NCBI GenBank assembly: GCA_937925925.1
Contig: CALANA010000114.1
Coordinates: 185-64,184, forward strand
Reading direction: 5' to 3'
Source of the DNA: an uncultured Chloroflexales bacterium
Lineage (GTDB): Bacteria > Chloroflexota > Chloroflexia > Chloroflexales > Chloroflexaceae
Length of the DNA: 64,000 nucleotides
The number at the start of each line of letters is the position of its first letter. The stretch's first letter is position 1. Under the pieces are notes generated by a model that worked only from the letters and a program-made list of their open reading frames with translations, did not search any database and was not told the DNA's origin. The translations under genes were made by a program, and so were the position numbers. Positions 53,337-62,057 of the stretch are shown piece by piece.

Positions 53337-54681
53337 GCTGGCTCTGGTGCTGCTGGGTAGCACTACCAGCGCATGTGATAGCGGGCGTGATCAGGGCGGT
53401 ATGCCACGAAGTCAGCGAGTTCTGGTCATTGGTGCTGGGATGGCGGGGTTGGCCGCTGCGAGAGAGCTTAGGCGTGCAGGACAGCAAGTGCTTGTATTGG
53501 AAGCGCGAGACCGGATTGGTGGACGAACCTGGACGAGCAGCAAATGGCCTGATTTGCCCCTTGATTTAGGGGCATCATGGATACAGGGGGTTGAAGGCAA
53601 TCCAATCACAGACCTGGCTAACCAGTTGGGAGCGAAGCGCCTGGTCACAAGCTTCGAGCGCACCGTTGTTTACAACACCAACGGTCAGGTACTCTCGAAG
53701 GCAGAAGAAGCGCAGCTAGATGGCATCAGGAAACAGATGTTCAACACCTTGCATGAAGCACAAGACGCGAATGCAGATACTTCTGTCCGCCAGGCGGTCG
53801 CTGTGCTGGAGCAAAAATTTGCAGGTAATCGAGCGGCTCTTCGTTTCCTGAATTTTTGCTTGTCGAGCGAGATCGAACATGAATATGCGGGCAGTGCCAG
53901 TCGCCTTTCAGCGCACTGGTACGACAGCGGAGAACAATTCGACGGTGATGATGTTCTGTTTGCGCAGGGATACACAGTCATTACCGAGTATTTGGCGCGG
54001 GATGTTGACGTTCAGCTTTCTCAGGTCGTCAAGGAAATCCAGTGGCAGGAGCCAGAGGTCAGAGTCCGCACCACCAACAACGAGTTCGTCGCTGACCGCG
54101 TTGTCGTTACGCTGCCACTTGGCGTTTTGCAGCACAATGACGTTCGATTCGTTCCGCAATTGCCTGTAGCGAAGCGCAATGCCATCAACAAACTGGGTAT
54201 GGGGGTGTTGAACAAGTGCTTCCTTCGGTTTCCGCAAGCATTCTGGCCGGAAGACATGGATTGGCTTGGGTATGTCCCAGAACAACATGGTGAATGGACT
54301 GAGTGGGTCAGCTTCAAGCGGGCAACGCAATTGCCCATTCTGCTTGGATTCAATGCTGCCGACCGCGGGCGTGAAATTGAAGGGTGGTTAGACGAGCAAG
54401 TCGTCGCAGATGCTTTGGTAACGCTGAAGACGATCTTTGGAACCAACATACCGAACCCGATCGACTACCAGATAACACGCTGGGATGCGGATCCCTTTGC
54501 GCGTGGCTCTTACTCCTACAATGCCCTGAACTCAACACCCGCAATGCGTACTGATCTGGCAAGACCTCTTGCTGGACGGTTGTTCTTTGCCGGTGAAGCA
54601 ACCAGTAAGGACTATTTTGGAACCGCCCATGGTGCGTACTTGAGTGGCTTGCAGGCAGCAAGCGATGTCCTTTCGCCGTGA
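53311..54681 (+). CDS. Flavin-containing amine oxidase (polyamine/monoamine oxidase-like), Tat/lipoprotein-type signal
   Basis: MHKRDFLKMLALVLLGSTTSAC signal. VLVIGAGMAGLAAARELRRAG...VLEARDRIGGR dinucleotide fold. Confidence 0.85.
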   Translation: MHKRDFLKMLALVLLGSTTSACDSGRDQGGMPRSQRVLVIGAGMAGLAAARELRRAGQQVLVLEARDRIGGRTWTSSKWPDLPLDLGASWIQGVEGNPITDLANQLGAKRLVTSFERTVVYNTNGQVLSKAEEAQLDGIRKQMFNTLHEAQDANADTSVRQAVAVLEQKFAGNRAALRFLNFCLSSEIEHEYAGSASRLSAHWYDSGEQFDGDDVLFAQGYTVITEYLARDVDVQLSQVVKEIQWQEPEVRVRTTNNEFVADRVVVTLPLGVLQHNDVRFVPQLPVAKRNAINKLGMGVLNKCFLRFPQAFWPEDMDWLGYVPEQHGEWTEWVSFKRATQLPILLGFNAADRGREIEGWLDEQVVADALVTLKTIFGTNIPNPIDYQITRWDADPFARGSYSYNALNSTPAMRTDLARPLAGRLFFAGEATSKDYFGTAHGAYLSGLQAASDVLSP

Positions 54682-54689
54682 TCTGTTGT

Positions 54690-54960
54690 CGCCCAACCAT
54701 GCGCTGCATCTGACGCCGCTCCGCGTACGGCTGAACCCAACCGTTATGCGGCGGGTGAGACAAAAGACCGTTGAAACAGAGATGGCACACCGTAAGCGAA
54801 CGGAGGCCAGGAAGCAAGCGTCGGATTCGACGGTCGGCGGGGTGCAGGGGGTTGGTATCCATATCTCTTTATCTTTCGACTCGCTTGCAACCTGGAACCA
54901 GTTGACGCTGGAACTGCCACCCAGGAGCATATTTATCCAGATGTGGTAGCACCCGGTTGC
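54690..54960 (-). pseudogene. Possible degraded C-terminal fragment of a DDE (rve-type) transposase
   Basis: Minus-strand frames give ...GCKRVER(stop) followed by ...CFNGLLSHPPHNGWVQPYAERR. These loosely resemble the NGKVERF and YN..RPH..G..P.E motifs. The match is weak and made by eye only. Confidence 0.2.
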
Positions 54961-55025
54961 CATAGTACCCTACACCAGGTATCATGGTTGTGCTGGCAAA
55001 CGTTAAACGATTGAATGGATAGATT

Positions 55026-56393
55026 ATGACGTATTGCAGGTGGGTCTACAGCCTGATCGGGTTAGGCTTGCTGTTGCTCATCCATATCAGTAATAGCACG
55101 GTGAAGACAACCCATGCCCAACCATCTGGCCCGATTTATATCGTGGAGGTACAGGGGACGATTACGAACGTTACCATTAACTACCTGGAGCGGGCGCTAC
55201 GCCAGGCGGAGGCCAGTAATGCCACGGCTTTGATCATTCAGTTGAACAATCAGGGGTCGGTGTTACGGGCGATACGTCCCTTTGCTGCGCGCATTGCCGC
55301 TGCCGAGATACCGGTGGTGGTCTATGTTGCTCCCGCACAGACCCATGCGGGTGCTGCCGGTGCTTTCTTCCTCAGCGCTGCGCATGTGTCCGCCATGGCT
55401 CCCAATACGAGCTTTGGTACCCCGACTCCCCTGGCGGAAATAGACGATTTGTTGACCGAACAGACACAAGAACTTTTGCTGGATAGTGTCGAGCAACAGT
55501 TACACACCTGGAATGCCGATCGAGGGCGCAACACCGATTGGGTGAATCGCGCTGTGCGCTCCGGAGTGTGGCTGACGAATGAGCAGGCGATTGCCACCAA
55601 CCCGCCTGTTGTAGACATCATTGCCCGCGACACGGACGAACTGTTGACCCTGCTTGAGGGGCGGACGATCCAGCCGGAGAATCGAGCCGAGGTGCAACTA
55701 CAAACCCTGGGCCGTGAATTAACACCGATCCGCCCGACGCTCTGGGAGCAGTTGCGTTTGCTGCTGGCTGATCCGACTGTTGCCTTTCTGTTGCTGGTCA
55801 TGGGGGCCGTGGCGATCTATGCCGAGCTGGCAAATCCAGGCACCATGATTTTTGCCGGGATCGGCATCGTGCTGATATTGAGTGCGCTGGTCGGTATGCT
55901 TTCCTTACCCGTGCGCTGGATCAGTGTTGCCGGTTTGTTTCTGGCGTTCATGCTGGTGGCAATGGATCTGTATGTACCCTCCCAGGGTGCCCTAACAGTG
56001 GTTGGCATTGTGGTGTTGATTGTGAGTGCGTTGACCCTGGTTGATACCGTTCAGGCGCCGAATGCGTTTGTGGCGCTCTGGGCGATTATGCTGGTGGTGT
56101 TGATAGCGCTGGTTGTGGTTGTGGCAAGTATCTGGCTTATTCTGCGCACTCGTACTCAACCGATTGCCACGGGGCAGGAGGGCATGCTTGGACGACTGGC
56201 AGAAGTGCGTCAGCGCCTTGAACCAGAAGGTATGGTATTTATCGAGGGAGCGCTCTGGCGTGCGATTAGTGAAGATGGAGAAGTGGAACCGGGCGAATGG
56301 GTGCGCGTGATGGCGATCTATGACTTGCGGCTGGTGGTGCGCCGCCTTGATGCTGACGATGATGCTGCTCATAGACAAGCATTCCAATCCTGA
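55026..56393 (+). CDS. NfeD family membrane-bound ClpP-class serine protease
   Basis: N-terminal ClpP-like domain (IYIVEVQGTI...), multi-TM middle region and a C-terminal NfeD OB-fold. Adjacent to an SPFH gene. Confidence 0.85.
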   Translation: MTYCRWVYSLIGLGLLLLIHISNSTVKTTHAQPSGPIYIVEVQGTITNVTINYLERALRQAEASNATALIIQLNNQGSVLRAIRPFAARIAAAEIPVVVYVAPAQTHAGAAGAFFLSAAHVSAMAPNTSFGTPTPLAEIDDLLTEQTQELLLDSVEQQLHTWNADRGRNTDWVNRAVRSGVWLTNEQAIATNPPVVDIIARDTDELLTLLEGRTIQPENRAEVQLQTLGRELTPIRPTLWEQLRLLLADPTVAFLLLVMGAVAIYAELANPGTMIFAGIGIVLILSALVGMLSLPVRWISVAGLFLAFMLVAMDLYVPSQGALTVVGIVVLIVSALTLVDTVQAPNAFVALWAIMLVVLIALVVVVASIWLILRTRTQPIATGQEGMLGRLAEVRQRLEPEGMVFIEGALWRAISEDGEVEPGEWVRVMAIYDLRLVVRRLDADDDAAHRQAFQS

Positions 56394-56396
56394 ATG

Positions 56397-56573
56397 ACAT
56401 GAGTTACGCGGTTGCTCGAACCAGACGTCTTTTTCGCCTTCGGCAGAGCGGTACTTTTGCTGTTTTTCGCTCCCCATTTTCGCCGTAGGCGAAAATGGGG
56501 AGCGAAAAAAGAGGTTCTTTGATGCTACCGCAGGCGAAAAGGCGAGCTGATCATACCACTGCGTATGTCCTGT
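56397..56573. mobile_element. MITE-B copy B12 with 5-bp TSD gaatg, inserted in the nfeD-stomatin junction
   Basis: acatgagttacgcggttgc ... perfect 22-bp stem hairpin 56463-56509 ... ccactgcgtatgtcctgt. gaatg at 56392-56396 and 56574-56578. Confidence 0.9.
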
Positions 56574-56599
56574 GAATGATAGAAAAGGAGAAGATAACC

Positions 56600-57439
56600 G
56601 TGAACGGTGGTGTTTTTCTATTTGCCTGCCTGGGTGTACTGGCCTTTATCGTCTTGATGGTCGTGTTGTCGGCGATCAAGATTATCCCCGAATATGAGCG
56701 GGGCGTGATTTTTCGCTTAGGGCGTCTGATGGGTGCGCGTGGCCCGGGTCTCTTCTTTGTGATCCCTATGTTTGAGCGCATGATCCGCGTGGATCAGCGT
56801 GTGATCACCATGGATGTGCCCGTGCAAGAGGTGATCACCCTGGATAACGTGACGATCAAGGTCAATGCCGTTCTCTACTTTCAAGTCATGAACCCCAACT
56901 GGGCCGTTACCAAGGTCATGGACTACATTCGAGCCACGATGCAAATCGCACAGACGACGTTGCGGAGTGTGGTGGGTCAGGTTGAACTGGATGACTTGCT
57001 GTCCCAGCGTGACAAAATCAATCAAAAATTACAACAAATCATTGATGAACAGACCGAACCCTGGGGGATCAAAGTCACCATTGTTGAGATTAAGGATGTT
57101 GAATTGCCCTCGACCATGCAACGGGCAATGGCAAAACAGGCTGAGGCAGAACGTGAGAAGCGCGCCAAGATCATCCATGCCGAAGGTGAACTCCAGGCGT
57201 CGAAGGCACTGGCAGCAGCGGCAGAGGTGATAGCACGTGAACCGGTCACCTTACAACTTCGCTATCTCCAGACTCTGAGTGAGATTTCAATAGAGAAGAA
57301 TAGTACGATTATTTTCCCGCTACCGGTTGATCTGATCAGGCCGTTTATGGATCACATTCAGGGTAGTTCGGACAACGGCAGTACGATTGCTGCTCCACCC
57401 TCGGTTACGGAACGGCATACGACACAACGGTTAGAATAA
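56600..57439 (+). CDS. SPFH/band 7 (stomatin/slipin) protein
   Basis: [15 protein letters not shown]... is a classic stomatin N-terminus. GTG start chosen 9 nt after the AAGGAG SD. The ATG at 56576 is created by the MITE target-site duplication. Confidence 0.9.
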   Translation: MNGGVFLFACLGVLAFIVLMVVLSAIKIIPEYERGVIFRLGRLMGARGPGLFFVIPMFERMIRVDQRVITMDVPVQEVITLDNVTIKVNAVLYFQVMNPNWAVTKVMDYIRATMQIAQTTLRSVVGQVELDDLLSQRDKINQKLQQIIDEQTEPWGIKVTIVEIKDVELPSTMQRAMAKQAEAEREKRAKIIHAEGELQASKALAAAAEVIAREPVTLQLRYLQTLSEISIEKNSTIIFPLPVDLIRPFMDHIQGSSDNGSTIAAPPSVTERHTTQRLE

Positions 57440-57698
57440 TATCGTTTCGACTTGAACATTCCGCCTCCCACGAGACTGTGTCGCGGCGGGGGGTATGGGG
57501 GTGGGCCGCCCATGTTCCTTTTCTGGTGCGGAGCGGTGAAGCCGCGCCCTCCCTGCGGGGGGGCGGCGTAGGGGTGTTGCATGCAACGCATCCAACGCAT
57601 CTATCCCCCGCGACATCGCTTTCCACGGACAGGCGCGTTGGCGTATGCGCAAGCGTCAGACTGACCAACGGATGCGGAAGGCCGCAGTCAAACTGGTA
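57440..57698. mobile_element. MITE-C copy C3 (the left flank taa is the stomatin stop codon; the right flank is tga)
   Basis: tatcgtttcgacttgaacattccgc ... gatgcggaaggccgcagtcaaactggta. taa at 57437-57439 and tga at 57699-57701. Confidence 0.85.
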
Positions 57699-57939
57699 TG
57701 AGATCCAGATCCTGAAGCGCTCTTTAGAACACGAGTCAGAGCCTGCTAGCTCCCGGCATATGAGTCGTTATCAAACGCTATGCGTGGTCAGCCGCATGCA
57801 CAGGTTTTAACTCGCGGCGTGTGAGGTGTTGGCGATAGGCGATGCAAGAAGGAAGAGAGGTGGTATTGTGTGTCGAGAGGCACACTAGAGAGTGGTGAGC
57901 AGGTTTCGAGGATTGGTGATCCCTCGCTTCAATGCTATG

Positions 57940-58362
57940 TCAGATCGTACCATTGACGGTACGTGCCTTCGCGTTGGTCAACCGGCGCACCACGTTGACC
58001 AGTTCATCAATAAAAAAAGGTTTGGGAATATAAGCGGATACGCCGACTTCGCGTGCCTCACGTGCTAGTTGGGGATTGTCATAGGCGGTGATCAGCACCA
58101 TCGGTACATTGAAGCCTTGATCTTTGAGCGTGGTAATCAGCTTTAAGCCATTCATGCCACGCAAATTATAATCAGTAAGAAGCAAATCAAAAGGTTGTTG
58201 CTGCCAGAGTTCAAGGCCTTCTTCGGCACTCAACACCGCAGCAAATTCATAAGGCACTCCCAGATCGGGCATCGCCAGTTGGATGATACGTCCAATATGA
58301 CTATCATCTTCGACTGTAAGTATGCGTAGAACGGGAGAATCACTATCCGTCTGCACTGACAT
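57940..58362 (-). CDS. Single-domain response regulator (CheY-like)
   Basis: RILTVEDD...DLLLTDYNLRGMNG...ITAYD...KPF motifs. Start set at MSVQTD. Confidence 0.85.
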   Translation of the reverse strand: MSVQTDSDSPVLRILTVEDDSHIGRIIQLAMPDLGVPYEFAAVLSAEEGLELWQQQPFDLLLTDYNLRGMNGLKLITTLKDQGFNVPMVLITAYDNPQLAREAREVGVSAYIPKPFFIDELVNVVRRLTNAKARTVNGTI

Positions 58363-58502
58363 AACCTTACTCCATACGAATATCTGGTAGCATGCTGCGT
58401 TCAATGATCTGAAGTGGACTCTCATGGTACCACAAAACGTCCGCTCTGTACAACTGACACTTTGTTAACCTGACATCATAAAAAAGCGTTATCTGGCTGG
58501 TT

Positions 58503-58531
58503 TTGACAGCATTTTCTGCCACTTCTATAAT
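58503..58531 (+). promoter_or_regulatory. Perfect consensus sigma70 promoter TTGACA-N17-TATAAT
   Basis: -35 at 58503-58508 and -10 at 58526-58531. The ATG of the downstream ORF is at 58540, which implies a leaderless or near-leaderless mRNA. Confidence 0.6.
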
Positions 58532-58539
58532 ATGAAAAG

Positions 58540-60144
58540 ATGCATACTACGATGAATATATCGCAATCAAAGGTAGACCCGATTAGCCTTGAGGTTTTTC
58601 GCCATCGTTGCGCGGCTATTGCCGAGGAGATGGGAGCAGCATTGGGGCGTACGGCATTCTCGGCCAATATTAAGGAACGTCGGGATTATTCCTGTGCCGT
58701 GTTTGATGCGACGGGCCAGATGATCGCACAGGCGGCGCATATTCCCGTTCACCTGGGTGCGATGCCGCGCTCGGTAGCCGCTGTGTTACAGTGCTATGAC
58801 CTGGAACCAGAGGACGTGGTGATCTTGAACGATCCCTACCTTGGAGGTACGCATTTACCAGATATAACGATGGTTGCGCCTGTTTTCGTTCATTGCGCCC
58901 CATCTGATACACCCGTTTTGCTCGGTTATGTTGCCAGCCGTGCGCATCATGCTGATGTAGGTGGCATGACGCCTGGCTCGATGCCAATGAGCCGTGAGCT
59001 GTACCAGGAGGGATGTATTATTCCGCCGCTGCGCCTGCAACACCGCGGCCAGTTGAATGCCGACCTGGTGACGTTGATCTGCCATAATTCACGCACGCCG
59101 GCCGAGCGGCGTGGTGATCTAGCGGCCCAGCTCGCGTGCCATGCGCTGGGTACGCGACGGTTGCAAGAACTGGTGGCAGAGTATGGCTTGCCCTGGACAC
59201 AGGCCCATTTGCAAGCGTTGCTCAATTACGGCGAGCGGCATATGCGGGCATTGCTGGCGAGTATACCCGATGGCACCTATGGTTATGCTGATTACCTCGA
59301 TGACGACGGTTGTGGCAGTGAACTGCTGCTCATTCGTGTCCAGATCCAGATCGCAGGTGATAGCGCGATTATTGATTTTACCGGGAGTGCCGAGCAGTGT
59401 CGTGGCCCGCTCAACGCGCCCTATGCTGTCGTGGAATCGGCCGTTCACTACTGTTTCCGTTGCCTGGGAGGCCCGGATATGCCGACCTCCGCCGGTAGTT
59501 TCCGTCCTCTGTCGCTGGTCGTTCCGGCTGGCAGTTTGCTGAATCCACACCCACCAGCGCCAGTCGCCGGCGGCAATGTAGAAACATCGCAGCGCGTTGT
59601 CGATGTTGTTCTGGGTGCGCTGGCGCAGGCTTTACCGCAACACATTCCGGCAGCTTCGGCGGGTACCATGAATAACTGGACATGCGGTGGGGTTGATGCC
59701 ACGGGGAAACCATTTGCCTACTATGAGACACTGGGAGGTGGCATGGGTGCCCGGCCGGAAGCCCATGGGCTGGATGGTGTACAGGTGCATATGACCAACA
59801 CGCTGAATACGCCCGTTGAGGCACTGGAGCATCAATTTCCGTTGCGCATACATCGGTACGCATTGCGTGGCGACTCGGGCGGCAGGGGGCGGTGGCATGG
59901 GGGCATGGGTCTGGTGCGTGAGATTGAATTTCTCACGGCTGCTACGGTTAGTCTCTTAACCGAGCGGCGCACGACCGCACCCTATGGCTTGCATGGTGGT
60001 GCAACTGGTATGTCCGGGCGTAATCTCCTGATTCGTGCCAATGGTAGCGAGCAGGTACTACCGGGCAAAGGTACGTTGGAGTTATTTCCTCATGATCGTC
60101 TGTGCATGGAAACACCCGGTGGTGGTGGATGGGGTATCCTTTAG
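58540..60144 (+). CDS. hyuB: Hydantoinase B/oxoprolinase family protein
   Basis: DPISLEVFRHRCAAIAEEMGAALGRTAFSANIKERRDYSCAVFD N-terminus is typical of HyuB. Confidence 0.9.
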   Translation: MHTTMNISQSKVDPISLEVFRHRCAAIAEEMGAALGRTAFSANIKERRDYSCAVFDATGQMIAQAAHIPVHLGAMPRSVAAVLQCYDLEPEDVVILNDPYLGGTHLPDITMVAPVFVHCAPSDTPVLLGYVASRAHHADVGGMTPGSMPMSRELYQEGCIIPPLRLQHRGQLNADLVTLICHNSRTPAERRGDLAAQLACHALGTRRLQELVAEYGLPWTQAHLQALLNYGERHMRALLASIPDGTYGYADYLDDDGCGSELLLIRVQIQIAGDSAIIDFTGSAEQCRGPLNAPYAVVESAVHYCFRCLGGPDMPTSAGSFRPLSLVVPAGSLLNPHPPAPVAGGNVETSQRVVDVVLGALAQALPQHIPAASAGTMNNWTCGGVDATGKPFAYYETLGGGMGARPEAHGLDGVQVHMTNTLNTPVEALEHQFPLRIHRYALRGDSGGRGRWHGGMGLVREIEFLTAATVSLLTERRTTAPYGLHGGATGMSGRNLLIRANGSEQVLPGKGTLELFPHDRLCMETPGGGGWGIL

Positions 60145-60149
60145 ATTCT

Positions 60150-60284
60150 TTAGGACTTCCGCAGTGGTATGGCCAGTTCGCCTTTTCGCCTTCAGCAGAG
60201 CGGTACTTTGCTGCCGCAGGCGCAAAAGCTTGTCCTGAGCGAAGGTGAAGGGACGTGGTGTTCACCCGACCGCGTATGTCCTGT
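60150..60284. mobile_element. MITE-B copy B13
   Basis: ttaggacttccgcagtgg...ttttcgccttcagcagagcggtactttgctgccgcaggcgcaaaagc...cgaccgcgtatgtcctgt. It starts 6 nt after the hyuB stop codon. Confidence 0.8.
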
Positions 60285-60338
60285 TTTTGTTGTTCACCAG
60301 TCAAGATAGATCCTCTGGTAACACTCTTACGTACACTA

Positions 60339-60595
60339 TATAGTAATCCTATCTCAGTTGTGAAGACTGGAGTCCAGGCAAAAGCCTGGTCTCGCCCTAC
60401 ACCGAGACTTCGTCTCGTTAAGGGCGCAGGGGCCGCAGGCTCCCACACATGTTCTCTTTCTAAAGGAGATTTCGGCGGAGGGGCGTTGCATGCAAGATCC
60501 CTCCGTCCCTCGCAATCTCTTTCCAGGGGAAGTCTCGTTGGAGTACTCGTTCTGTCCAGGCTTTCACCTGGACTCCTTGCAATAGGCTTGCTATA
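60339..60595. mobile_element. MITE-A copy A10 carrying a nested MITE-G
   Basis: tatagtaatcctatctcagttgtgaagactggagtccaggcaaaagcctgg [insert] tgtccaggctttcacctggactccttgcaataggcttgctata. Confidence 0.8.
60396..60549. mobile_element. MITE-G copy G2 nested inside MITE-A10
   Basis: cctacaccgagacttcgtctcg ... ggcggaggggcgttgcatgcaag ... ccaggggaagtctcgttggagtact. Confidence 0.7.
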
Positions 60596-60636
60596 GTGTT
60601 ACTGCTCATATCAAACAGCTAGACTGGAACCTGATT

Positions 60637-61509
60637 ATGTTTCGACGTTCTACGGATTTGCGTTCACTGCTGATAGGCCTGCTCAGTATCTATCTCTTTG
60701 TGTATCCGTGGGGCATACTCCTGATAGCGCTGGATCGTGTCCCGGCCTGGGGTGTTGGGATGGGGGCGATTCTGTTGATCCTCCAGGGGACGATGATGGG
60801 CCTGTGGCTAACGGCTCGCTATCGCTGGCGCGGCACTCTAGCTGCGCTCCTGATCTTGCTCATCTCCTGGTGGGCTGAACATCTGGGTGAGACCAGTGGC
60901 TTTCCCTTCGGTCAGTATACCTATACCGAGGTTCTTGCACCAAAAATTATACATGTGGTGCCACTGGCGATACCCTTTGCCTGGCTCCTTGTCATTCCGG
61001 CAGCAGTAGGTATTACCGATCGGCTGATGGCCTTCGACCCTGGTACCTCTGAGACCTCGCTGGGCAATGTTGTTCTTACAACGCTGGCAGCCGCATCGTT
61101 TGCGACACTGCTTGATGTTACGATTGAGCCGGTTGCTGTCCATGTCAATCGGTACTGGATCTGGCACGATAGTGGTGGCTATTACGGCGTGCCGCTTTCT
61201 AATTTTGCGGCCTGGTGGACGATCAGCGCCCTCCTGGTCTGGATTTTGGTATGGTTGCGCCAGAATGCGCATACATCGGTCTGGCCACCGTTAACGCCAG
61301 TGGTGCGGATGGAATGGCTACCGCAGTTACTGTATCTGCTCAATCTGATCATGTTTGTGGTGATTAACTTGAGCAACCGCCATCTGGCCGCTGCCAGCAT
61401 CGGGTTGCTGGTGCTGGTCTATCTGGCCTTTGATCGGCTAGAACCAGGCATGGTACGCTGGGTGATGGGCGGGATCGAACGCAGTGATACCCGGCAGGGA
61501 CGGGCATAA
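60637..61509 (+). CDS. Carotenoid biosynthesis membrane protein (Caroten_synth/CruF-like hydratase family)
   Basis: Polytopic membrane protein. The EHLGETSGFPFGQYTYTEVLAPKI...VPLAIPFAW motif resembles the family signature. Confidence 0.65.
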   Translation: MFRRSTDLRSLLIGLLSIYLFVYPWGILLIALDRVPAWGVGMGAILLILQGTMMGLWLTARYRWRGTLAALLILLISWWAEHLGETSGFPFGQYTYTEVLAPKIIHVVPLAIPFAWLLVIPAAVGITDRLMAFDPGTSETSLGNVVLTTLAAASFATLLDVTIEPVAVHVNRYWIWHDSGGYYGVPLSNFAAWWTISALLVWILVWLRQNAHTSVWPPLTPVVRMEWLPQLLYLLNLIMFVVINLSNRHLAAASIGLLVLVYLAFDRLEPGMVRWVMGGIERSDTRQGRA

Positions 61510-61517
61510 GCAGGTTA

Positions 61518-61640
61518 TACCGTTTCGATGTGACCCGTCCGCATGTTCGTACCATTCGTCCTCCACCGAGCCTGCGTCGCGGTGGGGTATGGGGCCTGCG
61601 CTCTCCGCCCATGTGGGAATTTCGGCGGAGGGGCGTGGCC
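61518..61640. mobile_element. MITE-C copy C4, truncated (left half only)
   Basis: taccgtttcgatgtgacccgtccgcatgttcgtaccattcgtc... preceded by tta. Homology is lost after ggcggaggggcgt. Confidence 0.7.
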
Positions 61641-61746
61641 CCAAACCCTCGGCCGGAGGTTAACGTGATGCACATACGGGTAGTGCCTGGTACCTACCCC
61701 TCCAGCGTTTCCATCGAGGGCAATCCCGGCCGCAGTGTACGTTCAA

Positions 61747-61962
61747 TCATGAATACACCATTGAGCGATTGGCGTCAGCCTGCAGGAGCCGCAGCCGTTC
61801 TTTGAGATGGGCCACCAGATAGGTGTATGGCTCGTGTTCAACGCGGTGGATAGCCTGAACGAGAATATGGATTTCGTCCTGTAGATCCAGATGCGCCACA
61901 ACCGTATGAGACAACATCGAATCAGCGAAGCATACCTCCTCGGGAGTATCTGTAAATTGCAT
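61747..61962 (-). CDS. Small hypothetical protein (71 aa)
   Basis: ORF 95 nt downstream of the GAF-HD-GYP gene on the same strand. No motif recognised. Confidence 0.3.
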   Translation of the reverse strand: MQFTDTPEEVCFADSMLSHTVVAHLDLQDEIHILVQAIHRVEHEPYTYLVAHLKERLRLLQADANRSMVYS

Positions 61963-62057
61963 GTGGCACTCCTTTGTGCTATAGATCTATATCCTGACCC
62001 AGAACGTTGTGTATCCTGATGACAGGGATATATTTGACTGGCTGGACAAACCAGTCC

